NCBI GenBank assembly: GCA_045652765.1
Contig: JAZOLG010000020.1
Coordinates: 4,889 to 68,888, forward strand
Length of the DNA stretch: 64,000 bases
Direction of reading: 5' to 3'
Source: Bacilli bacterium
GTDB lineage: Bacteria; Bacillota_I; Bacilli_A; ML615J-28; CAG-313
The notes under the pieces are model-generated. The model saw only the letters and a list, made by a program, of their open reading frames with translations. It did not search any database and was not told the DNA's origin. A program made the position numbers and the translations under genes. How positions within the stretch are numbered: the first letter of the stretch is position 1; each line of letters opens with the position of its first letter. Positions 48,673 to 57,015 of the stretch are shown in pieces.

Positions 48673-48810
48673 TTACCATCTAGCTGTTCCAATAATAACT
48701 AATAGGATGAATAACACAAGAATTAGTGCATATCCATAACCGCCAAAACTACCTGTATTGCATGTGTTAGTTGGTTGGCAGCAGTTATATCCATAATTAG
48801 GTTGATACAT
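48673..48810 (-). CDS. YjcZ-family small sporulation-associated membrane protein (45 aa; not in the ORF track)
   Basis: Minus-strand translation is MYQPNYGYNCCQPTNTCNTGSFGGYGYALILVLFILLVIIGTARW. A Gly/Tyr-rich head followed by a single hydrophobic helix is the hallmark of YjcZ-like proteins. RBS GGGGGG-AAAAAGA-ATG. Confidence 0.6.
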   Translation of the reverse strand: MYQPNYGYNCCQPTNTCNTGSFGGYGYALILVLFILLVIIGTARW

Positions 48811-48893
48811 TCTTTTTCCCCCCATTCTGTAAAGAGTAGCTCTTTAACTACTTTATATTATGTTATAGTAATAAACTTTGCATAAACATAAAC

Positions 48894-49088
48894 CTAATTA
48901 TAATAATTATCTTTATTAACACCTAAGTAACTTTCTAGACGAGATACTCTTTTTGATAAGTCACTAATTAAACGTTTAGATTCATTTAATTCTGTTTCTA
49001 ATCTTTGAATATCATAGTTTGGCATAAAATAATTTGGATTATTATTAAAGTTAGGATTTGGATTTTGATTGAAAAATCTCTTGAACAT
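48894..49088 (-). CDS. Small Asn/Pro-rich protein with C-terminal coiled coil (possible spore-coat-like protein)
   Basis: 64 aa: NQNPNPNFNNNPNYFMPNY followed by a heptad-like ETELNESKRLISDLSKRVSRLESYL. Divergent from the ylbD-like gene. Confidence 0.35.
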   Translation of the reverse strand: MFKRFFNQNPNPNFNNNPNYFMPNYDIQRLETELNESKRLISDLSKRVSRLESYLGVNKDNYYN

Positions 49089-49184
49089 AATTTCACCTCA
49101 ATATAGAATATGGATAAATTAAAAAAAGGTGATTAATTTGTCACATTATTTAAAAATAATAATAAATTATAATGAGGTGATTAA

Positions 49185-49526
49185 ATGGCAAGTAGAATGG
49201 ATGAGTTCAGACAATTTGTTTCAAAATATCCCAAAATTAGAGATGATGTAACAAGTGGAAAAAAGACCTGGCAAAATATATATGAAGATTGGGTAATACT
49301 AGGAGAACAAAGTGATGTGTGGAATATATATAAAGAACAAAAAAAAGAAACTATTGACTTTTTATCAAGTGATAATTTAAAAAATATTATGTCATATGTA
49401 AAAAAGATTAATCCAGATTCTATTAGTAAAACGTTAAACACAATACAAAAGGTTTTACAAATTTCACAAAGTTTTGGTGGCAGAACAAGTATTTATAATG
49501 CAAATTACAATAGTTGGTGGGACTAA
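49185..49526 (+). CDS. ylbD: YlbD-like putative coat protein
   Basis: FRQFVSKYPKIRDDVTSGKKTWQNIYEDWVILGEQSDVW matches the YlbD-like family pattern (B. subtilis YlbD ...VKNHPKLI...KSWQELYEDWYLLGE...). Confidence 0.55.
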   Translation: MASRMDEFRQFVSKYPKIRDDVTSGKKTWQNIYEDWVILGEQSDVWNIYKEQKKETIDFLSSDNLKNIMSYVKKINPDSISKTLNTIQKVLQISQSFGGRTSIYNANYNSWWD

Positions 49527-49753
49527 TGGATCAAAACATTTTAAGAGTACTATATCAAAATCCTACATACTTAAATTATTTGCGGTATCATCCTAAATGG
49601 TATATGATCCTAGAAAAGAATCCAAACTATTATAAAGAATTCGAAAATGAGCTAAAAAAAGACCTAAAAATAACAACCTACGATAAAATAGAAAACTTAA
49701 AAAAACAAATCAATTTTGTTAATGGTATAATAAAATATCTCAACTCTAATTAA
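49526..49753 (+). CDS. ylbE: YlbE-like protein
   Basis: Start at the ATG overlapping the ylbD-like stop (TAATG). ILRVLYQNPTYLNYLRYHPKWYMILEKNP matches the YlbE-like family signature. Confidence 0.55.
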   Translation: MDQNILRVLYQNPTYLNYLRYHPKWYMILEKNPNYYKEFENELKKDLKITTYDKIENLKKQINFVNGIIKYLNSN

Positions 49754-49769
49754 TGTCAAGATATTTTAC

Positions 49770-49798
49770 TTGACAGTATCAACAAAATATGATATAAT
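49770..49798 (+). promoter_or_regulatory. Consensus sigma-A promoter of rpsP
   Basis: TTGACA at 49770-49775, a 17-nt spacer, then TATAAT at 49793-49798. Confidence 0.75.
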
Positions 49799-49830
49799 AT
49801 CAAAGTAAAAGAAATAGGAGGACATATAAT

Positions 49831-50097
49831 ATGGTAAAATTAAGAGCTCAAAGATTTGGTAGTGCTAAAAAACCTTTCTATCGTATTGTTGCAACTGACT
49901 CACACAACCCACGTGATGGTCGTTTTATTGAAATTGTAGGTACTTACAATCCTTTAACAACTCCTGCAACTGTAAAATTTGATGAAGAAAAAGTTTTAAA
50001 ATGGTTAGCAAATGGTGCTAAACCAACTGACACTGTTAAATCATTATTATCTAAAGAAGGTATCATTGCAAAATTCGCTGAAAGCAAAGCTAAATAG
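49831..50097 (+). CDS. rpsP: 30S ribosomal protein S16
   Basis: 88 aa with a conserved N-terminus. Confidence 0.95.
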   Translation: MVKLRAQRFGSAKKPFYRIVATDSHNPRDGRFIEIVGTYNPLTTPATVKFDEEKVLKWLANGAKPTDTVKSLLSKEGIIAKFAESKAK

Positions 50098-50105
50098 GTG
50101 AAGCA

Positions 50106-50372
50106 ATGGGCCAAGTTAATTATGAAAATCTTCTTGCTGAATTAATTAAGCCACTTGTTGCGCATCCAGAGGATGTAGAAACTATAGCAGTTGAATCAAG
50201 TGAAAAATATTGTAAAATTGCTGTAAAAGTAAATAAAGAAGATCTTGGTCGTATTATTGGTCGTAAAGGTCGTATTGCTAACGCAATTAGAACAATTGCT
50301 CATGCAGCAGCAGTTCGTGAGAACGTAAGACTAGAAATAGATCTAGGTTCAGAAGAAGACGAAGAAAACTAA
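50106..50372 (+). CDS. ylqC: KH-domain RNA-binding protein (YlqC-like)
   Basis: 88 aa with the KH GXXG loop (IIGRKGRIANAIR), in the conserved position after rpsP. Confidence 0.85.
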   Translation: MGQVNYENLLAELIKPLVAHPEDVETIAVESSEKYCKIAVKVNKEDLGRIIGRKGRIANAIRTIAHAAAVRENVRLEIDLGSEEDEEN

Positions 50373-50397
50373 ACCCCATTTCAAATGGGGTTTATTT
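50371..50397 (+). terminator. Intrinsic terminator after rpsP-ylqC
   Basis: aaaccccatt-tca-aatggggttt followed by atttaca. Confidence 0.8.
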
Positions 50398-50414
50398 ACA
50401 TATAGAGGTAATTT

Positions 50415-50495
50415 ATGAAGAAAATATTAAGTTATACTATCATTAAATTATGTAGTATAGATGTTATATATTTTCAAACAGATTTATTGTGTTAA
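50415..50495 (+). CDS. Hypothetical 26-codon ORF with a good RBS (speculative)
   Basis: AGAGGT lies 6 nt upstream of the ATG. The translation is MKKILSYTIIKLCSIDVIYFQTDLLC. It may be a small peptide, a leader peptide or nothing. Confidence 0.15.
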   Translation: MKKILSYTIIKLCSIDVIYFQTDLLC

Positions 50496-50655
50496 ATGAA
50501 AAAAATAGAAAGTTATTAAAGGCGTGTAGTCATTAATTGATTCATGAATTTTAATTTAACAGTTTAGATTTTTTTACAATTTAAAATTAGTTAAATATTC
50601 ACTATTGAATTTGATAATTCATATTTTTAAAATTTTCTACTTTTATATAATAACT

Positions 50656-50688
50656 AAGACAAATAGATTTCTATTTGTCTTTTTTATT
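50656..50688 (+). terminator. Second strong intrinsic terminator within the non-coding gap
   Basis: Perfect 11-bp stem aagacaaatag-attt-ctatttgtctt followed by T6. Confidence 0.75.
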
Positions 50689-50715
50689 ATATTTGATTAA
50701 CGTTTATCATATTAT

Positions 50716-50744
50716 TTGATATATATAATATTTAGTGATATAAT
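50716..50744 (+). promoter_or_regulatory. Promoter of the arsR-cadA operon (extended -10)
   Basis: TTGATA at 50716-50721, a 17-nt spacer, then TG-n-TATAAT at 50736-50744. Confidence 0.6.
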
Positions 50745-50775
50745 ATATGAAGAATTTTTCATATGTTCATATATG
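50743..50775 (+). promoter_or_regulatory. Candidate ArsR/SmtB-type operator
   Basis: The inverted repeat ATATGAA-gaatttt-TTCATAT, followed by gTTCATATAT, lies between the -10 element and the RBS of the arsR-family gene. ArsR/SmtB operators are imperfect TGAA...TTCA inverted repeats. Confidence 0.4.
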
Positions 50776-50787
50776 GAGGTAAAAAAT

Positions 50788-51078
50788 ATGGAAGAAAGTG
50801 TTAAATTAGAACGATTAGCCAATATGTTTGACATGTTAAGCGATCCTAATAGATTACACATTGTTGTCTATTTGATGGGTGGTAAACAAACTGTATCAAA
50901 AATAACAGCACACATTGGTATGAGTCAATCAGCCGTATCACATCAATTAAGAATACTAAGAGATGCACATATTTTAAAAGCAACAAAAATTGGTAAATGT
51001 GTATATTATAGTTTAAATGATGAACATGTTGAAACGATTGTAAACAATGGTTTAGTACATATGGGTCATGAGGAGTAA
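50788..51078 (+). CDS. ArsR/SmtB-family metal-sensing transcriptional repressor (CadC/CzrA-like)
   Basis: Start at the ATG at 50788, with RBS GGAGGT. The winged HTH region LSDPNRLHIVVYLMGG...ISHQLRILRD is present. The ORF-track N-terminal extension has no RBS. Confidence 0.8.
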   Translation: MEESVKLERLANMFDMLSDPNRLHIVVYLMGGKQTVSKITAHIGMSQSAVSHQLRILRDAHILKATKIGKCVYYSLNDEHVETIVNNGLVHMGHEE

Positions 51079-51080
51079 TT

Positions 51081-53555
51081 ATGAAAATAACATATCAAGT
51101 ATTAAAGTTAAGTAATAAGAATAATTACCGTAGAATCTTAGGAGATATTCGAAAGATTCAAGGTATTCAAAACGTAAGTTTAAATAAAGAAAGAAATATT
51201 ATTCACATTGAATACAACAATATTGATGATTTAAAAGAACGCTTATTAAAATGTTTTAATTATTATGAAAAACAAGTTGATTTAGAAGAAGTAGTTCAAA
51301 CCGAAGTATTTAGAAAAGTATTAAGACTTAAAGGTCTTGATTGTGGGCACTGTGCATCTAGAATTGAGAATCTTGCTCAAAAGACATTTGATCATGAAAA
51401 GATTGTTGTAGACTTTTCGACAGAAAGATTTATATTAGAAACTAAAGATCAAAAACTATATAATAATGCAATTAAAGAAGTGACACAGATTGCAAGAAAA
51501 ATTGATCCAAATATTGAAGTTATGGATAATGCTACTAGTCATAAAACGGCAAGCATTGAAACTAAACCAATGGATAAAGTTCAACTTATATTATTTATAG
51601 TGGGATTAGCTTTAGCACTTGGTTTTATAGTTTATAAATCAATAATGCAAGGAAGAATACTTTGGTTATTTGAACATGATAGTTTAAATCTAGTAGATAA
51701 AATTGTTTTAACTATATCGTTTGTATTAGTTGGATATAAGGTAATTTTAGATTTCTTTAAAAATATTGTTAAACGTCATGAAATGGATGAAAAGTTCTTG
51801 ATGACAATTGCGACTGTTGGGGCTATTGCGACTGGACATAATATTGAAGCAGTTGCAGTAATGGCTTTTTATCAAATTGGACAATATTTACAAGAAATCG
51901 CTGTTAATCATTCAAGAAAATCGATATCTGAATTATTAACTTTTGATGTTGCAAACGCACGACTTAAGGTTGATGAAGAAGAAATGGAAATTGAAGTTGA
52001 GAGTGTCCTTCCAGGCGATATTTTAATTGTTAAAACTGGTGAAATGATCCCAGTTGATGGAATAATAAGAAATGGTAAAACATATTTAGATTTAAAAGCA
52101 TTAACAGGAGAGGCAGATTATCAAAACGCAAAACCTGGTGATAAAGTTAGATCTGGTGCTATTAATATGGGTAGCGTTATAGAAGTTGAAGCTAAAAAAC
52201 TTTATAAAGAATCTACAATGTCACAAATTTTAGATATGGTTGAAAATGCTTCTGCAACTAAAGCAAAAAGTGAAAACTTCATAACAAAGTTTGCAAAAAT
52301 CTACACTCCAGTAATTGTTGGTATTGCACTTGTTGTAATAATGGCTTGGCCTTTTGTCGCAAAACTTATTGGTTCAACTTCATCTATTCGTGATTTGTTT
52401 TTAGGCAATGAAAGTATGCAAGGTTCGGTATATCACGGAATGGTATTCTTGGTTATATCTTGTCCTTGTGCTTTAGTTATTTCAATACCACTTGCATTCT
52501 TTGGTGGAATTGGTCTTGCAAGTAAACGTGGAATTTTAGTAAAAGGTAGTAACTATCTAGAAACTTTAAATAATGTGGAAAATGTTATTTTTGATAAAAC
52601 CGGAACTCTTACTAAAGGAGAATTTGGCGTAAAAGAAATCATTTCTTTAAATGAAGAAGTGTATAGTAAAGAAGAAATTCATAAGCTTTTAGCTTATGTT
52701 GAATATCACTCTACACATCCAATTGGAGTGTCAATTACTGACTCATACGGTAGAGATCAAATATTTACAGAGATTATTGAAGACTTTGTACAAGTTCCTG
52801 GTCGTGGCGTACGTGCTGAAATTAATGGTTATCGATATATTGCTTGTAATTATAGACAGCTTTCAGAAAATAAAATTACATTAGAACAAGTAGTTAATGA
52901 CGATTTAGTAATTTATTTGGTTAAAGAAAAACAAGTTATTGGGTATGCTATTATTGGTGATACTATTCGTGAAGAAGCACCAACTACTTTATTAAAATTA
53001 AGAAAACAAGGTGCGAAAAAGATTGTCATGTTAACTGGTGACAATGCACAAACTAGTACAAAGGTTGGTAAAATCTTAAAACTGGAAGAAGTTCATGCAG
53101 AACTTTTACCAAATGAAAAAGTTGAACACTTACAAAAAATAAAAGAAGAATCACAAAATAAAAAAGGAGCTACTATATATGTAGGTGACGGAATTAACGA
53201 TGCACCTGTTATTAGTGCAGCAGACGTTGGTATTGCGATGGGAGCAACAGGATCTGAAGGTTCAATTGCGATTGCTGATGTAGTTGTTATGGGTGATAAT
53301 TTAGAAAAAGTAAGTGATGCGATAACAATATCTCACGCAACAAGAAGAATTGTAAAACAAAATATAGTTCTTGCTTTAGGTATAAAATTTATAGTATTTG
53401 TGTTAAACTTTATTAATATTCCATCAATGATTTGGTTCGCAATCTTTTCTGATGTTGGTGTAAGTCTACTTGCGATTATTAACTCTTTAAGAATAACTGG
53501 TATTTTCAAAAAAGAATATAAAGTTACAAATAGTGAGGAATCTAAAAATGAGTAA
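51081..53555 (+). CDS. cadA: Heavy-metal (Cd/Zn/Co-type) P1B-type ATPase
   Basis: 824 aa: a degenerate N-terminal HMA-like domain, then a second HMA domain with GLDCGHCASRIE. It also carries the TM CPC motif (SCPCALVIS), DKTGTLT phosphorylation site and GDGINDAP. Confidence 0.9.
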   Translation: MKITYQVLKLSNKNNYRRILGDIRKIQGIQNVSLNKERNIIHIEYNNIDDLKERLLKCFNYYEKQVDLEEVVQTEVFRKVLRLKGLDCGHCASRIENLAQKTFDHEKIVVDFSTERFILETKDQKLYNNAIKEVTQIARKIDPNIEVMDNATSHKTASIETKPMDKVQLILFIVGLALALGFIVYKSIMQGRILWLFEHDSLNLVDKIVLTISFVLVGYKVILDFFKNIVKRHEMDEKFLMTIATVGAIATGHNIEAVAVMAFYQIGQYLQEIAVNHSRKSISELLTFDVANARLKVDEEEMEIEVESVLPGDILIVKTGEMIPVDGIIRNGKTYLDLKALTGEADYQNAKPGDKVRSGAINMGSVIEVEAKKLYKESTMSQILDMVENASATKAKSENFITKFAKIYTPVIVGIALVVIMAWPFVAKLIGSTSSIRDLFLGNESMQGSVYHGMVFLVISCPCALVISIPLAFFGGIGLASKRGILVKGSNYLETLNNVENVIFDKTGTLTKGEFGVKEIISLNEEVYSKEEIHKLLAYVEYHSTHPIGVSITDSYGRDQIFTEIIEDFVQVPGRGVRAEINGYRYIACNYRQLSENKITLEQVVNDDLVIYLVKEKQVIGYAIIGDTIREEAPTTLLKLRKQGAKKIVMLTGDNAQTSTKVGKILKLEEVHAELLPNEKVEHLQKIKEESQNKKGATIYVGDGINDAPVISAADVGIAMGATGSEGSIAIADVVVMGDNLEKVSDAITISHATRRIVKQNIVLALGIKFIVFVLNFINIPSMIWFAIFSDVGVSLLAIINSLRITGIFKKEYKVTNSEESKNE

Positions 53556-54048
53556 ATACTTAGAAACAGGAAAAATAGTTGGGGTATTTGGATTAAAAGG
53601 AGAACTTAAAGTTTTAAGCGAATCTACAACTAATCGCTTTGTTAAAGATAATTATTTGTATCTTGGGAAAAATGAAAAAAGATTAAACAAAGTTAAAATA
53701 TCATCAAGTAGATTTCATAAAGGAATGTACTTAGTTACTATTGACGATTTATTTGACATAAATTTAGTAGAAAAGTATGTTGGCTGTAATTTCTATATTG
53801 ATCGAGATGAATTAGATGATTTAAATGAAAATGAATATTATTTTACTGATTTAATAGGTTTAAAAGTAATTAATCAAAATAATGAAGAACTAGGAACTGT
53901 TATTGATGTTTTAGATTTACCTACATCAGCGGTTATAGAAATTAAACTAAAGAATGATAAAAAATGTATGATTCCCTTTGTCAAAGAATATATAATTGAT
54001 GTTACGAATGAAGTAATTTTGATTAATGAGATTGAGGGATTTAGATGA
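53548..54048 (+). CDS. rimM: 16S rRNA processing protein RimM
   Basis: Start at the ATG at 53548 (MSKYLETGKIVGVFGLKGELKV), with RBS GTGAGGAA. It overlaps the cadA stop in the pattern ATGAGTAA. PRC barrel at the C-terminus. Confidence 0.85.
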   Translation: MSKYLETGKIVGVFGLKGELKVLSESTTNRFVKDNYLYLGKNEKRLNKVKISSSRFHKGMYLVTIDDLFDINLVEKYVGCNFYIDRDELDDLNENEYYFTDLIGLKVINQNNEELGTVIDVLDLPTSAVIEIKLKNDKKCMIPFVKEYIIDVTNEVILINEIEGFR

Positions 54049-54773
54049 TTAGATTTGATATACTAACACTTTTTCCAAACATGTTTAAAGGTTTGATTGA
54101 AGATTCGATTATTAAAAGAGCTATTGAAAAGAAATTAATTGAAGTTAATTTAATAGATTTTAGAGAATTTTCAACTAATAAACATCATACGGTTGATGAT
54201 TATTCATATGGTGGTGGTGCGGGAATGTTAATAAGTGTCGAACCAGTTCATCTTGCGATGAAAACTATACCAAATTTAGATAACGCAAAAAAACTTTTAA
54301 TGAGTCCAAGTGGGAAAACATTTAATCAAGCAAAAGCAATCGAATTTTCACAAGAAGAACATATCGTAATGATTTGTGGCCACTATGAAGGTATTGACGC
54401 AAGAATTCTTAATTTTATTGATGAAGAAGTTTCTATTGGTGATTATGTTTTAATGGGTGGTGAAGTACCTGCAATGACTATCCTAGAAGCAGTATCTAGA
54501 CTTGTTCCTGGAGTTATTAGTGAAGATTCACCAGTAAATGAATCTTTTAGTGATAGTCTACTTGAACATCCTCAGTATACTAGACCTGCAGTATATGAAA
54601 ATTTAAGTGTTCCAGACATTTTACTTAGTGGACATCACGCCAATATCAAAAAATGGCAAAGAGAAAAAGCCTTAGAAAAAACTTTAAAAGTTAGACCTGA
54701 CTTATTGAAAAAAGCAAATCTAAGCTTAACAGATTACAAATATTTATGGGAGCTAAAAAATGAAAAAAATTAG
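54045..54773 (+). CDS. trmD: tRNA (guanine37-N1)-methyltransferase
   Basis: 242-aa SPOUT trefoil-knot protein with characteristic TrmD blocks (GGGAGMLI, ICGHYEGIDARI, GGEVPAM). Confidence 0.95.
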   Translation: MIRFDILTLFPNMFKGLIEDSIIKRAIEKKLIEVNLIDFREFSTNKHHTVDDYSYGGGAGMLISVEPVHLAMKTIPNLDNAKKLLMSPSGKTFNQAKAIEFSQEEHIVMICGHYEGIDARILNFIDEEVSIGDYVLMGGEVPAMTILEAVSRLVPGVISEDSPVNESFSDSLLEHPQYTRPAVYENLSVPDILLSGHHANIKKWQREKALEKTLKVRPDLLKKANLSLTDYKYLWELKNEKN

Positions 54774-55209
54774 TTTACTATTTATATTTTTATTGATAAT
54801 AACTTTAACAAGTTGTTCTAAGATTAAAACAACAAATGATGCTAAAGAATTTTGTGAATATATATATGATATTTCACGAGGAGAAATCAAAAGAGGCGTA
54901 GTAATCGATTTAAGAAATCTAGAAACAGAATATGCAGCTGGTCATATCCATGGATCACTTAGTTATGATTTTACGCATCAAGAAGAACATCATTTTATAA
55001 CTTGGATTACAGGATTAAAAAGCACAGATACACAAGTGTTATTAATTGATAGTGGAAACAATGAACATCAAGTTATCATGAATTATTTAGAAAAAGCTGG
55101 TTATAAAAAAATACTTGCTTATTCTTTAGGATATAATAATTTAAAAGAAACAAGCGAATTTAAACAAAAAGTCGAAGTAAAAACTGGTACTGATGACTGT
55201 GGATGTTAA
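54760..55209 (+). CDS. Rhodanese-like-domain lipoprotein
   Basis: 149 aa with a lipobox (LTSC) and a rhodanese-like segment VVIDLRNLETEYAAGHIHGS. The C-terminus ends in CGC. Overlaps the trmD end by 14 nt. Confidence 0.45.
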   Translation: MKKISLLFIFLLIITLTSCSKIKTTNDAKEFCEYIYDISRGEIKRGVVIDLRNLETEYAAGHIHGSLSYDFTHQEEHHFITWITGLKSTDTQVLLIDSGNNEHQVIMNYLEKAGYKKILAYSLGYNNLKETSEFKQKVEVKTGTDDCGC

Positions 55210-55222
55210 AGGAGATATATAT

Positions 55223-56986
55223 ATGAAATGGAAATTAGATAATTTATTTAAAACAATAGAAGATTTCAAAATTGAATTACAAGAAGTATTTACATATATT
55301 GATAAAGCTAAAAAATATGAAGGTAAATTACATAAAAAAGAAAGCTTTAAAGAATACTTTTTATTACAAAAAGAATTTGAAATAAAAGCATCTAAAGTAT
55401 ATTTATACGCTCATTTATCAAGTGATTTAAATAAAAAGGATGTTGAAAAAGCAAGCCTTGTAAGTAGTTGTATGGTTTTATTTAATAATTACAGTGAAGC
55501 TGTTTCTTTTGAAGAGCCAGAACTTATTAATCTTGGTAAAGAAAAAGTGTTTGAATTATTAGATATGTGTCCTGAAATTGAAGAATTTAGATTTAAGTTT
55601 GAAAAACTATTCCATGTAGCAAGTCATATTTTATCTAAAGATATTGAAAAAGTAATCTCACAATTAAGTCCAGCAGCGTCAACTGGTTCTAATACTTATA
55701 GTATGCTAGCTGTTGCTGACGGAGTATCAGAGGAAGTTACCCTTTCTAATGGAAATAAACAACTAGTAACTCAAGGTAATTGGCAAACGCTAATTGAATC
55801 TTTAGATAATGAAGAAGATCGAAAGGTAGTTTTTGAATCTATTTTTAAACCATATGAACAAAGAAAAAATACTTTTGCTGCTATATATGAATCAATTCAA
55901 AAGTCTAATAAGGCTTTTATGAAAGTAAGAGGATTCAGTAGCATTTTAGAATCATACTTATTTAATAATAATATTCCAACTAAAGTATATGAAACATTAG
56001 TAGAAGTAGCCGGAAATTGTAACGATTCACTTAAAAAATATATTCAACTTCGTAAAGATTATCTAGGTCTTAAAGAATATCATACGTATGATAGATTCCA
56101 AAGTCTAGCTACTTCAAATAAAAAATATTCATATGAATCAGCAAAAAAATTATTTTTTGAATCAATCGAAAAATATCCAGAAGCATTTAGACAAAATGCC
56201 TATGATGCATTAGCTGAGGGATACGTTGATGTATATGAACAAAGTGGTAAAAGAACAGGAGCATATTCATCAGGTGTTGCAAATATTCATCCATATATTT
56301 TGCTTAATTATAGTGATTCATTAGAAGATGTGTTTACAGTTGCACATGAAGCAGGACACTCAATTCATACTTTATTCGCATCACAAACCCAACCTGTTAT
56401 GCTACAAGACTACACAATCTTTGTTGCAGAAATTGCATCAACATTTAATGAGCATAATTTACTTGATTATTTAATGACATCAAAAGAACTTTCTAATGAT
56501 GAAAAAATTATGTTATTACAAAAATCTATTGATTCAATTATTTCTACATTCTATAGACAAACATTATTTGCTGAATATGAACTTATTGCGTCTAAAAAAG
56601 CTGAGGCTGAAGAACCTATTAATCATGAAGTATTATCACAAATTATGATTGATTTGTACAAAAAGTATTATGGTATTGATATTAGTAAAGAATTAGTTAA
56701 ACAATATGTTTGGGCATATATTCCGCATTTATTCTATACACCATTTTATGTTTATCAATATGCAACAAGTTTTGCAGCAAGTTTTAAAATTTATCAAAGT
56801 GTAAAAAATAATGAACCTAATGCTTTTGAAAACTATATTAATTTATTGAAATCAGGTGGTTCTAAATATCCAATCGAACAAGCAAAAGAAGCAGGTGTCG
56901 ATTTCACAAAACGTGAAACATTTGAAGCAGTTACAAATAGAATGACAGAACTTGTTAATCAATTAGAACAATTAATTAAAAAATAA
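55223..56986 (+). CDS. pepF: Oligoendopeptidase F (M3B family)
   Basis: HEXXH zinc motif (HEAGHSIH) and M3B blocks. Start at the ATG at 55223 (MKWKLDNL), with RBS AAAGGAGA 7 nt upstream. Confidence 0.85.
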   Translation: MKWKLDNLFKTIEDFKIELQEVFTYIDKAKKYEGKLHKKESFKEYFLLQKEFEIKASKVYLYAHLSSDLNKKDVEKASLVSSCMVLFNNYSEAVSFEEPELINLGKEKVFELLDMCPEIEEFRFKFEKLFHVASHILSKDIEKVISQLSPAASTGSNTYSMLAVADGVSEEVTLSNGNKQLVTQGNWQTLIESLDNEEDRKVVFESIFKPYEQRKNTFAAIYESIQKSNKAFMKVRGFSSILESYLFNNNIPTKVYETLVEVAGNCNDSLKKYIQLRKDYLGLKEYHTYDRFQSLATSNKKYSYESAKKLFFESIEKYPEAFRQNAYDALAEGYVDVYEQSGKRTGAYSSGVANIHPYILLNYSDSLEDVFTVAHEAGHSIHTLFASQTQPVMLQDYTIFVAEIASTFNEHNLLDYLMTSKELSNDEKIMLLQKSIDSIISTFYRQTLFAEYELIASKKAEAEEPINHEVLSQIMIDLYKKYYGIDISKELVKQYVWAYIPHLFYTPFYVYQYATSFAASFKIYQSVKNNEPNAFENYINLLKSGGSKYPIEQAKEAGVDFTKRETFEAVTNRMTELVNQLEQLIKK

Positions 56987-57015
56987 AAAAGCAACCCATT
57001 AAAAATGGGTTGCTT

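Noticed and set aside
48811-48893. A full sigma-K promoter call for the yjcZ-like gene
   Set aside because: The -10-like CATAATATA is present, but the expected AC at -35 is replaced by GCA. It is reported as a finding rather than as a feature.
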